This document shows positions 11,451 to 23,555 of a stretch of DNA of 64,000 bases, piece after piece (position 1 is the first letter of the stretch; every line of letters begins with the position of its first letter). Below the pieces are notes generated by a model. That model did no database searches, had not been told where the DNA came from, and worked only from the letters and a program-made list of their open reading frames with translations. The DNA is from Lama guanicoe (Eukaryota). The stretch is taken from contig MU054001.1 of the NCBI GenBank assembly GCA_013239625.1, forward strand, positions 496,001-560,000, in the 5' to 3' direction. A program made the translations under genes and the position numbers.

Positions 11451-11457
11451 GAGTTAT

Positions 11458-11835
11458 CTTTTTTTATTATTTTATTTTTATTTTTATTTTTTCACTTAAT
11501 TTTTTTATTGAAGTATAGTCGATTTACTATGTTGTGGTAATTTCTGGTGTACAGCATAGTGATTCATATATATATATATTATATATATATATATATACAC
11601 ACACACATATATATATTCCTTTTCATGTTTTTTCATTATAGGCTATTACAAGATGTTGAATATAGTTCCCTGTGCTCAACAGTAGGACCTTGTTGTTTAT
11701 CTGTTTTATATATAGTTGTTAGTATCTGCAAACCCTGAACTCCAAATTTATCCCTTCCCACTCCATTGCCTCTAGGTAACCATAAGTTTGTTTTCTATGT
11801 CTGTGAGTCTGTCTCTGTTTTGTAAATAAGTTCAT
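11458..11835 (-). mobile_element. Cetartiodactyl L1 3' UTR with A-rich tail
   Basis: T-rich tract then ATTGAAGTATAGTCGATTTAC...GAATATAGTTCCCTGTGCT...GGTAACCATAAGTTTGTTTTCTATGTCTGTGAGTCTGT. Confidence 0.9.
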
Positions 11836-13579
11836 ATTCATGTAATAAGTTCATGTAAATATTATAGCTTTTTAAATACTTAAGACAACACAAATGAAAC
11901 ACTGTAATTCAACATTTGAAATGCTGAGGGCTATGTAGACCATACTTGAAACGTCCTTCCGCACTCTGTGAATGTGTGTGCACGTGAGTGTGTTGTAGGT
12001 GTGTGCAGGTGTGTGCGCTATGTGTAAACACGCATGGAACGACCAGCGCCCTTACACAAGCGTTATCTCCTAGGTGTTCACTAGCATTCTAAGGAGGAAT
12101 GGGAGATGACAGCCCTGTTTCCCAGCCTTTGCGCTCTGCCTGATGGATGCTCCCCGCTCCCCACCACGCCCACGAGCCCTGCCCAAATCCCATCCCGCCT
12201 TGAGACTCTGGAGGCCCCGGTGTCTGAGTGCAGAAAGGTCAGAGATGGGGTTTTAGAGACACTCATGATTACCTCCTGGGTGACCTCCGAGCCGGGCCGT
12301 TTTGGGGCTGACACCTTTCTAAACATAGCACGGGGGAAGGGCTGACATCCCGTTCGTCACCAAAGCCACTTACTTACCCACCCAGACAGTCCCACACGCC
12401 AACAGGAGCCACTTATAGCCGCTTTCAAAGGGGCCCAGAGTGGGTGCTGTGCCCAGGGAAGGGAGGGAGTGCCGCTGTGGCCTGAGGCCTCTTGAGCAGA
12501 GAAGAATCTCAGGAGCATGACTTTTAGAGGCACAGAGGGACCCGGGTTCAAAATCTACCTCGGCTCCTGCCAGTGTGGGATCTTGTCACTTCTCTGAGCC
12601 TCCTTTGTCCCAGTGGCAAGATGGGGATATTGTTGTCCTTGACAGTCCCTAAGAAGCAGAGCCTGCTGCTAGGAACTGGAACTGACACCCCTCCCCATTC
12701 TTGACCTCTCTGAGGCCCCGTAGCTGGCCAGAAGCAGGGGCAGCTCTGGGCATGCGCGGGGCTACAGATGTGCCTGCGAAGATGTTCTGATTCAGCGCCG
12801 TCTGTGCTGTGTGTTTTTGAGTGAGCCACTCCCCTACTCTGAGTCTAATCTCTCTGAGTTGCCTCCTGTCCTTCCAGATCTATTGTGAGTCCCGCTTGAG
12901 CCCCTGGTCTCTAATGTCTGCATAAAACAGGCTTCATCACAAGTCTGGCTGGTTTTCATTGTGGTCTAATTGCCCTAGAGCCAGTCCAGCCCTGGGTCCC
13001 CACGAGGGCTTGGGAGCCCCCAGTAATGCAGAGAAGGCCTGTTTTCCTTCCTCTTAGCACACATTCTCATTTGTACTAGGGGCCCAGGAGCTTCCGTGCT
13101 GCCCTGAGGCTTCTGTCAATGCAAATTAATTCACTCCAAGGTGGCAGAGAGTAAATGTGTCTCCAGACTCATTGCCTTTTCAAAGAAGAGCTGCAAAGGG
13201 CAATGCTTAACCCAGAAGCATTACTCAGCACCGGTGGCACCTCAGAGGCCCACCGGGAAGATGGGAAGATGTCGAGGAGCAGAAGCTCCATAAGTCACAG
13301 GGCGGAGCTAACAGCCGTGTCCCTCACTGGGCACAAGTGAGTAGGATTCTTCAGGGCTTCCTGTCTTGTTTGTCCAAGGATCACTGGGTGGCAGGAGGAA
13401 TGGGATCCAGGGGCTTGAATGTAGGTGGACCCCCATCCTCAGGCAAGTCCTGCTGGTGTGGAGGGGCTGCTCTGGGTGAGTGTGGGACGTTTTGGTTCTC
13501 AACAGCCCCTCTGCCCGTGAGCTCAGCCCCTCAGGACGTTGTGCTTTGGGGCAAAGGGCATTCCAGGAGGTTGCCCTCC

Positions 13580-13800
13580 TTGGCTTTGGAGTCAGGGAGG
13601 CCTGCATTTGCATTTTGTCATAAATGTGTAAGTGTTGCCCTTTCTGAGCCTCAGTTTCTTCACCTGTGCAATGGGGATAATATTTCCTCCTGCATGGGGT
13701 TGTTGGGAGGATCCCATGAGCTGAGCTGCGGAAGTGTCCCTGCACTGAGTGAGGGGCATGACCAAGCCTTGCAGAGAAAGAGGCCCCTCCCCGTGATGGT
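13580..13800 (+). mobile_element. MIR SINE
   Basis: GGCTTTGGAGTCAGG...TCTGAGCCTCAGTTTCTTCACCTGTGCAATGGGGATAAT. Confidence 0.8.
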
Positions 13801-14430
13801 GAGTCAGGAAGAGGAGGAAGAGGACCACGTGTTTCTGGAGATGGTTCAGGAAGCAGGCCCTAACTCTGTCAGCGGAGCCAGGCGGGCTGTGCGCGCCTCT
13901 CCCTGCCAACGATGCTCTTTGCCATCAGCGACATCTGGCTCTCTGCCCTGGATGTGTATTAGGAGTGATTATGTGTCCCTTTAAATTCTGGGAGCTGTCG
14001 CTAATGGGCGCCGAGGTTTATTTGCACTGTTTATTTCAGTTCCCTTGCAGCCGCTGCCCCACTCTCCTGAGAGGGGCAGGGAAGGAGAGACACCTGCTCA
14101 GTGTGTTTAATTTCCATGAAAAGCGTGCTTCCTGAGAAGGAGCCCCTTTGATGTGCTCCGAGTTGGCTGGAAATGAGTCCCAGGAGGCAGCCCCCACCCC
14201 AGACGTGGGGCTCCGCCTTCCTGGAGATGGGGAGAAGAGGAGCCCTTTCTAGGGGGACAATCAAATTGGCTGGAAATTAGGGTAGAGGGGAAGAATGGTG
14301 ATGAACCCGACCTGGAGGTGAGGACCAAGTGGGTCTTTGGAGTCAGATGGGTCTGGGCTCCTGTCACTTGCTGGTCAGTTTCAAGGCATATTTCCTAACC
14401 TCTGTATAAAGAGGAAAAACCAAGCCCCAA

Positions 14431-14462
14431 CACACACACACACATACACACACACACACACA

Positions 14463-14496
<34 letters not shown>
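14431..14496 (+). repeat. Interrupted (CA)n microsatellite
   Basis: CA run with two TA interruptions. Confidence 0.95.
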
Positions 14497-14500
<4 letters not shown>

Positions 14501-15029
14501 TGAGAGGAGTAAATGTGCTAGAAAATGTTGGACCCGGATTTCAAAGGTAGACAACACCACAACCATCCAGAACATTTGTGGAGCCAAAGTCAAGAAGCCC
14601 CCCCTTTTAACATTCCTCCCACAACTCTGTGGCTCTCTGCCCTGGATGTGTATCAGGAGCTTCTCACTCCCCAGGCCATCCATCCAGCTCTGTCCACACA
14701 CTGCCATCCCCTCAGGCCCAGGGGTGCACACACCAGGTGTGTAGCTCACCTTTGGAGAGATAGACTCACAGGAGAGACCCACACAGGCCCTGGAAGGACC
14801 ATTTGGGCAAGAAGTTACAAGTTCCAGGCACCTAGAGCATCATCTAGAAATGTGAGTGCTGGCTCTGAGTAGGCAGCTCCCTTTGATCCTTGACCTCGCC
14901 CCTGAAGACGCCTCACTCTGCGGGGTGGGTATGGCACCAGGCTGGACACAGCTGGGCTCCTCCTATCAGGTCTCCGTGGAGTACTGACATCAGGATCTCG
15001 GGAGGATGGGGTTAAACCCCTGCCATCAG

Positions 15030-15630
15030 CCACTACCAGGAGGAGCAGGAGTGGGCACAGCTACTTTGGAGAGTAGTTTGGCAGTGGCTACTGAAATTTC
15101 AAATGTACATAGATCCTATGACCCAGAAATTACACCTCTTCATGGCGACCCCCAGAAAAAAACATCACTGTGTCCAAAGAAGTGTGTGCAGAGAAGTTAC
15201 AACAACTTGACTTATGACAGTTGAAAAACTGGAAACAACCTATATGTCCATCAGGTGGGGAGTGTCTGATTAGACCACAGCGTGCCCATGCCATGGAACT
15301 CTGTGCAGCCATGAAAAAGGATAATGTAGGTCTATGTAGTCTCACCAGGGACAGTCGGGAAGGCATGTCAGTGGGCAGAAAGAAGCATGATGCTTTGAGC
15401 CGATTTATAGCAAATCAAAACAAAATGCCACCATATATTTGCACAAGTATATACACAGGTATGTAGACACACAGAAACACGTCTAGAAGAATTCACTACA
15501 GTGTCATACCAGGGATTGTCTCCAGGGAATGGAGTAGAGGACCAGGACAGGGAGACAGTGGTCAAAGGAACTTTAATCTGTAATGTGTATATCTGCATAG
15601 AGTCATGTGTTCCTGGTGTCATTAAAATTT
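15030..15630 (+). mobile_element. Old L1 (L1ME-like) ORF2 end + 3' UTR
   Basis: CTTTGGAGAGTAGTTTGGCAGT...CCTATGACCCAGAAATT...AAAAACTGGAAACAACCTATATGTCCATCAG. Confidence 0.8.
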
Positions 15631-16877
15631 AATCAAAATTTCAGCCAAGTGGACACTCAATTGAGACCCACCGATGTTCCCTTTCTTTTCGTCTTTAGAG
15701 CACGTGACTGTTTCCAAAGCATTTCTCACCCAGAGTTTGTAAATCGGCAGAGCCTAGAGAGCCCCATTTCACAGATGGGAAAAACAAGGTTCACTGCAGG
15801 TACTGATCAAGCGTCTCCAAACCCCTCCTAGTGAAGATTCTACCTGGAGAATTAAGAGAATGGCAGGTAAGGAAAACATCTAATTTCTTTAATGAGATAG
15901 AAAAAAAAAAGAGAAAGAAACCCATATTCTCCTTATCATTACTCCTTAGCTGATAAAATATTATCATCTGAGTGCCCTGCTTCTGCTGTGGCCTCTGTCT
16001 GGAACCTCTGCATATTTGTGTTCATATTTTCCAAATCTCTGAGGTTGTCCTCGGGGAGAGCAAGATGCAAAAATGTTTTGGTAAATCCATGGTGCTTGGG
16101 CCAATTTCATCTTCTTAAGATGATTAAAATATTGGGACAAATTGATAAACCACCTTAGAGGTTAAAGTCACTCCCGTGTCGCTACCTGACCCTGTCCCAC
16201 CTGCTATGGTACCTTCTATGCTGAAGGCATCCATGCTTGCCTTCCTCCATGGTCTCATCTTACCCAGAGAAGGATGGTCCCTCACAGGCTCCATCCTACA
16301 GCTCTACCAACTGGGGCTCCCAGAGCCTGGGGAACTTGCCCAAGTTCACGAAAGGCAGGCAGTGCTCCTTCCTCCATGTGGGAGGAAGGGATAAGGAACC
16401 CCTCAGCTGGAGCCTATTTTTAGGGCCAGGCAAAGCCAAAGAGTTGGACTCATTCTCTGAAAAGCTCTGAATGGAATGCAGCCTTGCAATAAACCATAAT
16501 CAAAACCTGACTTTGCAGAGCAGGGAGGGAAAGAGCCCCCTCCTGTTAGTCCTTAATTCCAGTTTTCCTTGGGAAGGAGCAGGGGCAAGGCTGGGCCTGC
16601 ATTTGGTGGGTGATGCTACAGGGCAGAAGCCCTGGATGGCCATGGTCAGATCATGACTGTCTCAGGGACTCAGTGTCCGTGACTCTGCCTTGAGGAGGGT
16701 TGAAGTGATTTTATTCAACCCCTCCAGCCTCTCCAATTCCAGAAAACCTGTCTGCTTCAAGGATGGTGGCCCAAGGACCCTTGACAGGCTCAGATCTAAG
16801 GATAGTGGAGATAGTAGGAATCTAGGAATAGGTTGGGTGAGAAGGGTCAGCTTTCCCTGCTCTGGGGCATCATGGTC

Positions 16878-17070
16878 CTCAGGACCACAGTGCACGGTTG
16901 TGCAGGTTGTTCACTGTACCAGAGCATCCCTAACAAAGCTGAGGAGAAGAACTTCAGCTTCTACTTCATTCTCCCAGCCAAGTACCTGGTGCAGGAGCTG
17001 CATCTGCCCTGACGAAGGTGCACCTGTGCTAATTAGCCCAGAGCACGGCATGAGCTAGTGAGGGGTCCTG
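16878..17070. mobile_element. MER91-type hAT-Tip100 MITE
   Basis: GCACGGTTGTGCAGGTTGTTCACTGTAC hallmark. Confidence 0.6.
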
Positions 17071-18489
17071 GTGTTGCCCTCCCACTGCGTGCTCACTCCC
17101 CAAATGACTCCACCCACATTTTCTTGTCAGTACCCTAACAACCAACCCCAATGTAGCACCCATTCATGAAACTGGTACACCTTGTGGCCTGAGGCTGAAG
17201 AGAGTGTGAGCATCAGCTGTGACCTTGGAGCCAAAGGTGGGCAAGGGCATAAGGGCTGGGAGCAAAGGGCACAATCAGGTGTGTGCCGAAGCCAAGAGAC
17301 CAGGCTAGTGACCCAGGGACCATCTCAGGACCTGGGCTTGGACAGCCTCATGGTCCAGGAGCCATTCTACCTCCAGCTCCCCATGTCCCAAGTTTTGGAC
17401 AAGTTGCTTTCTCTCCCTGAGTCTCAGTTTTCTCATCTATCAAATGGGGATTATTCTCCCAGGCCCGGCTGAGGGTCAGGGGAAAGGTGGATAAGAAAGC
17501 ACACGGGGGGCCCCAGGACCCTGCCACGGCCAACTGACATGTGTGGCTCAGGGCGTGTGGGAGCTCAGCCTCCCCGGGGCCTCCCTGGATGACTCAGCCC
17601 TCCCTGTCCCTGGCCTTGCACACACAGGCTGCTCTCTTCTTTGTCCTCAGAACCTTCTCACTCCATGTAAACCCAGCAGTGCTGCCCACCTGCAAAGCTC
17701 ATCTGGAAGCTATGGATGATGAGACAAAAGGATGGGGAACACACTCCCCATCACAGGAACTGTCAGCCCCATCTTTACTGAACTTAAGGGTCCCTTTCCC
17801 CTGCCAGCTGTGGTCCAGCTGCCATGGGGGAGTTTGAGAAGGCCGAGGCTTGGGAGCTAGCCCAGCTGGTGGGGAACAGAGGACAGGCTCCAGTACCCTG
17901 ATGCAAGGTCATGGACACGTCCACAGACCTAGGGCATGACCTTTATGCTCTGCTCACAGGCGCAGAGCCCTTCATCCCCTTCAATGACCCCTCTGCAGTG
18001 CCAAGGCTGACGAAAGGTGACTATTCCCATCCAGGCACAAGGCTAAGGCCCAGGAGGGCCTTAGCTCCCCAATTCAAGGCCGAGACTGGGCAAGTGCTGT
18101 GTGGGTATTAATCAGCCTCCATCTGAGGCGTTTGGATCATTCGAGGTGACGGCTGACCCAGCCACTTTCTGTAATTGGGATCAAGTGCCCTCTTGGTGTC
18201 TGGGGAGGAGGCTCTGGGGCACAGAAGACCTGCCAAAGTCTGGCCTCTCAACTCCCCAGGAGGAAGGAGGGGCCAAGACCAGCCCTACTGACCAGCCCCC
18301 TCCCCCACCTGCAGCCCACAGTGGTCTCCCCACCTTTGTTGCCAGCTCCACTTGCTGGAGAAAGGGCAAGGTGGGGCAGGGGCAGGGCTAGGAGCTCAGA
18401 GAGCCCACTTCTCCAGGCACAAATGCAAGGCGGACCTTCCTTTTCCTCAGACCCCCCCTCTTGCCTCTAGCACTCTTGGCATAGTCACC

Positions 18490-19095
18490 AGCTTGAGTCA
18501 GACAGATCTGGGGTCCTAGCCCAACTCTGCCACTTCCTGAGTAGAGGCAAATCCCACCCCTTCCTGAGCTGCAGTTTTCATATCTGCAAAATGGGCACCT
18601 TTCTATCACCCAGCCAGTGTGGCTAAGAGGATTAAAAGATGATGTATATCTATTGTCTGCCTGGTGTTGATGCTCAAGAATGTTAGCTCCCCTCCCCCAC
18701 ATCCCCTCCCTGCATAACGTGGGGAGGATGACACCAGCCTGCCCAACTCCCTAACTTAGCAATGGGTGTTCATCTTCCTTGTTAGCTCAAAAGTGCTACG
18801 CAAATACTTATTGTGATTACATCAAACATGAAAATCAACATTAATGACAATAGGCAATAACTATGTGTGTCCAGCTAAACAGATACCTGTGTTCAATAGA
18901 TGCCTTTCCTCGCGTTGTCTACTTGAATCTTCACATCAGCTCAGTCAGGTGGGTACAACTGCCACTTTCATTTTACAAATGGGGAAACTGAGGCATAGAC
19001 AGGTTGAGGAGCCTATTCAAGATCACGGAGGATGGCGCAGCGCAGGTTTGAAGTTGAGTGTGACTCGCTCCAGAGCCTGCGTTCTTGACAGCTAA
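18490..19095. mobile_element. Two MIRs (plus ~18490-18690, minus ~18840-19095)
   Basis: GAGTCAGACAGATCTGGG...CAGTTTTCATATCTGCAAAATGGG; CATTTTACAAATGGGGAAACTGAGGC. Confidence 0.8.
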
Positions 19096-19539
19096 GCCCC
19101 GCTGCCCTTACTAGCCTCTCACTGTCTTTACTGAGGCCCCCAGGACCTGGCCTCCTGCTAGGGGCTCCCACCTAGACAAAGGTGGGCCCTCCCCTTAAGG
19201 TCCTGTTTTAGCCCGGGGGCCATCCGCTGTCCCTACCCTGATGCCCATCACAGAGCCTGCACAGAGGCGCTGGCAGAGGGCGAGAGGGCCAGTCCTGGGA
19301 GGCTGCTGTGAAACTGGTTTCCAGCAGCACCCTGGCCACTGGCTACCTCCCTTCCTCTACTCCATCCATGGATCTCAGCACGGGTTAGACTCTGGCAGCT
19401 GGTCCTTAGGCTGAGAAGCCAGCCACACCCCCTGCCTCCTCCCCCTCCCACCATCCCGCTAGGTGGTGTTGAGTCGAGTGGTATAGAGCAAAGTTTGGAG
19501 GCTTGTGTCTTTTTCCCATGAATACCACCCCACCTCTGC

Positions 19540-20010
19540 CTGGCATCTGCTGTGCCTGGGAGAATGTGAACTTCTAGCATTGTGCAGAAGCTGAAAACTT
19601 TGTGAAAAAAATAAAATGTCACGTGGGTGAGAAAGCCCAGGGCACTGTTGGGCATTGGTGAAGGCTGGAGGGGGAGATGAGATGAGATAAGGCTGGTACC
19701 TCACAGCTCAGAATGCTAAAAGCCTCGCGCACTGCACGAAGGCGTCCAGCCTCCACTCTGTACAGGAGCCATGGGAAGTTGGAGATCGGGAGACTGAGAC
19801 ATTCAGAGATAACTTTTAGGAAAACAACTTGGGCTGCAGGAGTGAGGATTCTTTCATCCTCAAATGTTTCATTCATTCCAAATGTTTCATTACGGAAACA
19901 TTTATTGAGCACCTGCTATGTTCCAGATACTGTTCCTGGCTCTGGGGACTGAATGCTGAACAGGATTGGCAGTGCCCTTACCTGAGTGAGCTTTTATTCT
20001 AGGTGGAAAG
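19540..20010 (-). mobile_element. L2 fragments
   Basis: AAACATTTATTGAGCACCTGCTATGTTCCAGATACTGTTC antisense L2 3' end plus more internal pieces. Confidence 0.7.
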
Positions 20011-20329
20011 CACACTCCGCACTGGGATGGCTGGGAGGGTGGGGAGGAGGCTCTCAGGGGAGTTCATTTCTCTTCCCAATTCCCTGCTCCTCCTCCCCAG
20101 CTCAAGCAGGGCCACCCTCCATCAGGCTCTACAGATCGCAGACACTGCCCCTGAAAGACAAGTTGTTCTACCCTAAGCATCTGCAAGATGCTCTGAGCCA
20201 CTGTCAACCCCTAACCAACTCCCCACCCACAAGGAACTCTGATCCCTTTCTTTTCCTATGTCCCCAGGCTGCTCTGCTAATCTGCTGCGTCCTGGCTCGT
20301 CTGTGCCTGGCTCGTATTTGGCAGCATCC

Positions 20330-20695
20330 TTTTTTTTTTCAGTTGTGATAAAACACACAGAACATAAAATTTACCATTTTAAGTGCACAGTTCAGTAGTG
20401 TTAAGTATATTCAAACTGTGGTGCACCCAATCTCCAGAACTTTTTCATCCCCTTTAAACAACACCTACCCATTTCCCCCTCCCCCAGCCTCTGGAAACTG
20501 GCATTCTGCAGTCTCTGTGATTCTGACTACTCTCAGTATCTCATACAAGTGAATTGTACCGTATTCATCTGTTTTTGGGACTGGCTTCTTTTAGTTAGCA
20601 TAACGTTCTCAAAGTTCCTCCATGTTGTAGCATGTGTCAGAACTGCCTTCCATTTTAAGAATGAATAATATTCCAGTGACATATAAATATATATA

Positions 20696-20733
<38 letters not shown>

Positions 20734-20896
20734 ACATTTTGATTACCATTGATGGACAGTTGGGTTGTTTCTACCTTTTGATTATTGTGAGTAATGCTGC
20801 TGTGAACATGGGTGCACAGATACCTCTTTGAATCGCTGTAATTCTTCTGGATATATACTCAGGAGTGGAATTGCTGGATTATGTGGTGATGCTCTG
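20330..20896 (-). mobile_element. L1MB-like 3' end
   Basis: T tract, ACATAAAATTTACCATTTTAAGTGCACAGTTCAGT...GATGGACAGTTGGGTTGTTTCTACC...GGAGTGGAATTGCTGGAT. Confidence 0.88.
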
Positions 20897-21290
20897 TTTT
20901 TTTTTTTTTTTTTTTTATTCAAACATGCAACCAGTTAAAAAACTGCCTCTGCCATGGACTATTCAGACAGGTCAGACACCTCCCCGGAGACTGCTTTTTC
21001 GGCCAAAACCCCCAGGAGTAACTGGTGTCCGGAACCAGAAACGACAATTAGCAGACAATGGTTAAGATCTAGGCTTACTGACCAGGGACAGAGTGATCCT
21101 TTATAGCTTCAGGCAGCATTGGCTGGTGATGTCAGCGTGCAAAGACTATGGGGGAGTTTCACGTGGAATTCAGATGCAATGGGATGGATTTAGCAAGCTC
21201 TTCATGGGCACGAAGAATCTACTAAAAGGAAAGTGGCTTTAACAAGGAGCAAGCAAATAACACCTGACTAACCCTGTCACGATCGCTGTC
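20897..21290 (-). mobile_element. Unclassified poly(A)-ended insert with LTR U3-R-like motif order
   Basis: Minus strand: CACGTG 21160-21165, TGACATCA 21127-21134, CCAAT 21118-21122, TATAAA 21100-21105, AATAAA 20914-20919 running into A20. Confidence 0.45.
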
Positions 21291-21507
21291 ACCTGTTTCT
21301 CCATCTCTGACATTTGGAACCAGATGATTCTTCACTGGTGGGAGGACCGCCCTCTGCATTGTAGGATGGTTAACAGCCTCCCTGGCCTCGACCCACTAGA
21401 TTCCAGCAGCACCTTCCTCTCAAGGCGACAACCCAAAGTGTCTCCAGTCATCCCAGATGTCCCCTGGGGGCAGAGGTGCGGAATCACCCCCAGGTGAGGA
21501 CCACGGC
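21290..21507. mobile_element. MER20 hAT-Charlie MITE
   Basis: TGCATTGTAGGATGGTTAACAGCCTCCCTGGCCTCGACCCACTAGATTCCAGCAGCAC...TGTCCCCTGGGGGC. Confidence 0.85.
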
Positions 21508-22376
21508 GCAGCCAGAGCACCGTTGTCGAGTGAGGCAGTGCCCACTGCTGCCGTTTAGACTGTGATGGTCGGGTAACAGTAAAACCGTATACATTTGAAC
21601 AAAAGCTATCTTGGGACCCCAGGGTCAAGAGTGTTTGTGAGAAGGACGGAGAGAGGACCACTTGGCCCCGGGAGTCTGCTGACGTTCCCTTCTGTGCTGC
21701 GTTGGGAAGTGGACTTGGAGAGCAGAGCCTGCGCACAGAACTGCAGGGGGCAGATTTGGCCTTCTGAACAAAACCGGCTTTCCAGGGGCTGGGCGTGCAA
21801 ACTGCCGCTGCTGTGTGCTAATTATAAACGATTATGAATTATTCTTCATTGCTCGGGAAAGCAGGTCTGGGGCACAGCCTCTGTTACTCTGTATGTGATC
21901 TGAGATGAGTGAGCCTGGATTTGGGGGGCATTTTAAAGAAGGAAGGCCATTTCCACACCCAGAACATTGTTGATGACACCCCGGGAAGGAGGCTGACCTG
22001 GAGGTGGGGGGCAGAGGGGTGTGGAATCGCTGCCGCTGTAGAGGACCGCCGGTCAGGGCATCAGGCTCCTGGCGAGACGGGCCACGGGGCCCTCTCCGCT
22101 CTCCCACTGATCCATCCTCCGCATGCCAACCCTGCCTCCAGCACTCGTGCCAAGTGGAGAGAAGCCGAGTTCTCAGAGGATCCAGTGTGTTCCCATCACC
22201 GGCCTGTTTTTCAGCATTAAGAAATCTGTACAGCTGTTTAAATGAATTGCCTGAAGGTTACCTCCGTCCGGCTCCAGGTTTGTCACTAGGCCCAGACTGT
22301 CTGTGCTGCTCAGACCACTGGGCCATCCGCCCCTTCCCCTGGGCCCTGGACCACTGAACTGCCAGAGCTGGATGCT

Positions 22377-22522
22377 CTGGGCTGGGTTGCCACCGTCTGA
22401 GTGTGACGCTGCCTCGGGTGTTTGTCACTGGACTGGGCCACCACCATCTGAGGGTGACACTGCCTCGGGTGTTTGTCACTGGGCTGGGCCACCACCATCT
22501 GAAGGTGACACTGCCTCAGGTG
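22377..22522 (+). repeat. 51-bp minisatellite, ~2.9 copies
   Basis: Units 22377-22427, 22428-22478 and 22479-22522 (partial); unit 2 = CTGGACTGGGCCACCACCATCTGAGGGTGACACTGCCTCGGGTGTTTGTCA. Confidence 0.95.
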
Positions 22523-23154
22523 CAGTAGACACTCGGGCCCCCGGAGCGTCCCCAGCTAGGGGACTGTACACAGAGTCCCGTTTCCCATTCACGTCAGCAA
22601 CCAGCTGGATGGGCCCGCTCTGGGTCTCCAGTCAGATTAAGCCACCACTTGTGAAGTCCTCAGGAGACATGGAAAAGAGGGGACCTTGGAGCTGGGAAGG
22701 CTCAAGTTGAAGCCCAAGGAGTCATCTGTTAAGGTTCTACAGAGCACATGGCTCAGGAGCACAGACTGGCCTCCCAGGGTGGGGGTTCAAAACCTGGCAC
22801 AGACACTGTGACTCTGGGCCGGTGGCTTCACCCTCCCTCTGCACCTCAGATCCTTTACTTATAAAGGGGGTTGGTGATAGCCCCTATCCCAGAGGACCCG
22901 TGTGCTGAGGAAGTGAGTTTACTAATAGAAAGCACTGGAACACTCCCTGGCATTCAAGAAGCCCAGCGTGAGCCTTTCTCTTTATAGCGTAGCCTCCAGC
23001 AAGTCACTCGAAGCTCTCTGAGTCTCAGTTTCCCATTGTGTAAAACAGAAACAGTAACGCCTTCTGAAGAGACAAAATCAAATTAAAAACCACATCAGAC
23101 GTATGGAGTCCATTGCCAGACACATGGCAGGAGTTCAGTCATTGGCAGGAATTA

Positions 23155-23555
23155 TTTTTAGGTGATTGACAAAACCATGTCCGCTCCCTTCTCATTGTAT
23201 TGTTTTCTCTCCCTCTTCCGTGTTGGAAGAGCTGTGGGGTGCTTTCAGCTCATAATTACTCCTTTCAGTGAAAGGGTCTGTGCCTAGAATGTCTATCTGT
23301 CAGAGCAGTATGCTGAGTGAGCTCAGAGATGGTCGCCACATCCCACTCTTTCCCTGGCATTTACCTATCTGGTGACAATTTCCGTGGAAAGCAATTATGG
23401 CCACTGAGCAGATAATTAGAGAAAGGCTCCATTTTTCCTCTCCCAGCTATGCAAATGTCACTGCTGGCTTCTCATCCCTGAGCACAGCGAGTTATCAGGA
23501 AGCAATTAAGCCCATTGCTGGGGTAGAGATAATGCCGTCTAATCTATACCTAGCT
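23155..23555. promoter_or_regulatory. Candidate enhancer (PBX-MEIS, SOX, POU, homeodomain)
   Basis: TGATTGACA 23163-23171, CATTGT ~23193, TAATTA 23253 and 23413, CAATTA 23392 and 23503, ATGCAAAT 23449-23456. Confidence 0.5.

Noticed and set aside
13337..13984. 215-aa ORF
   Set aside because: Non-ATG start, spans a MIR, no recognisable domain
22377..22522. CRISPR-like or repeat-protein-coding array
   Set aside because: Units are contiguous with no unique spacers in mammalian DNA; the 17-aa periodicity simply reflects a 51-bp unit and has no splice or homology support
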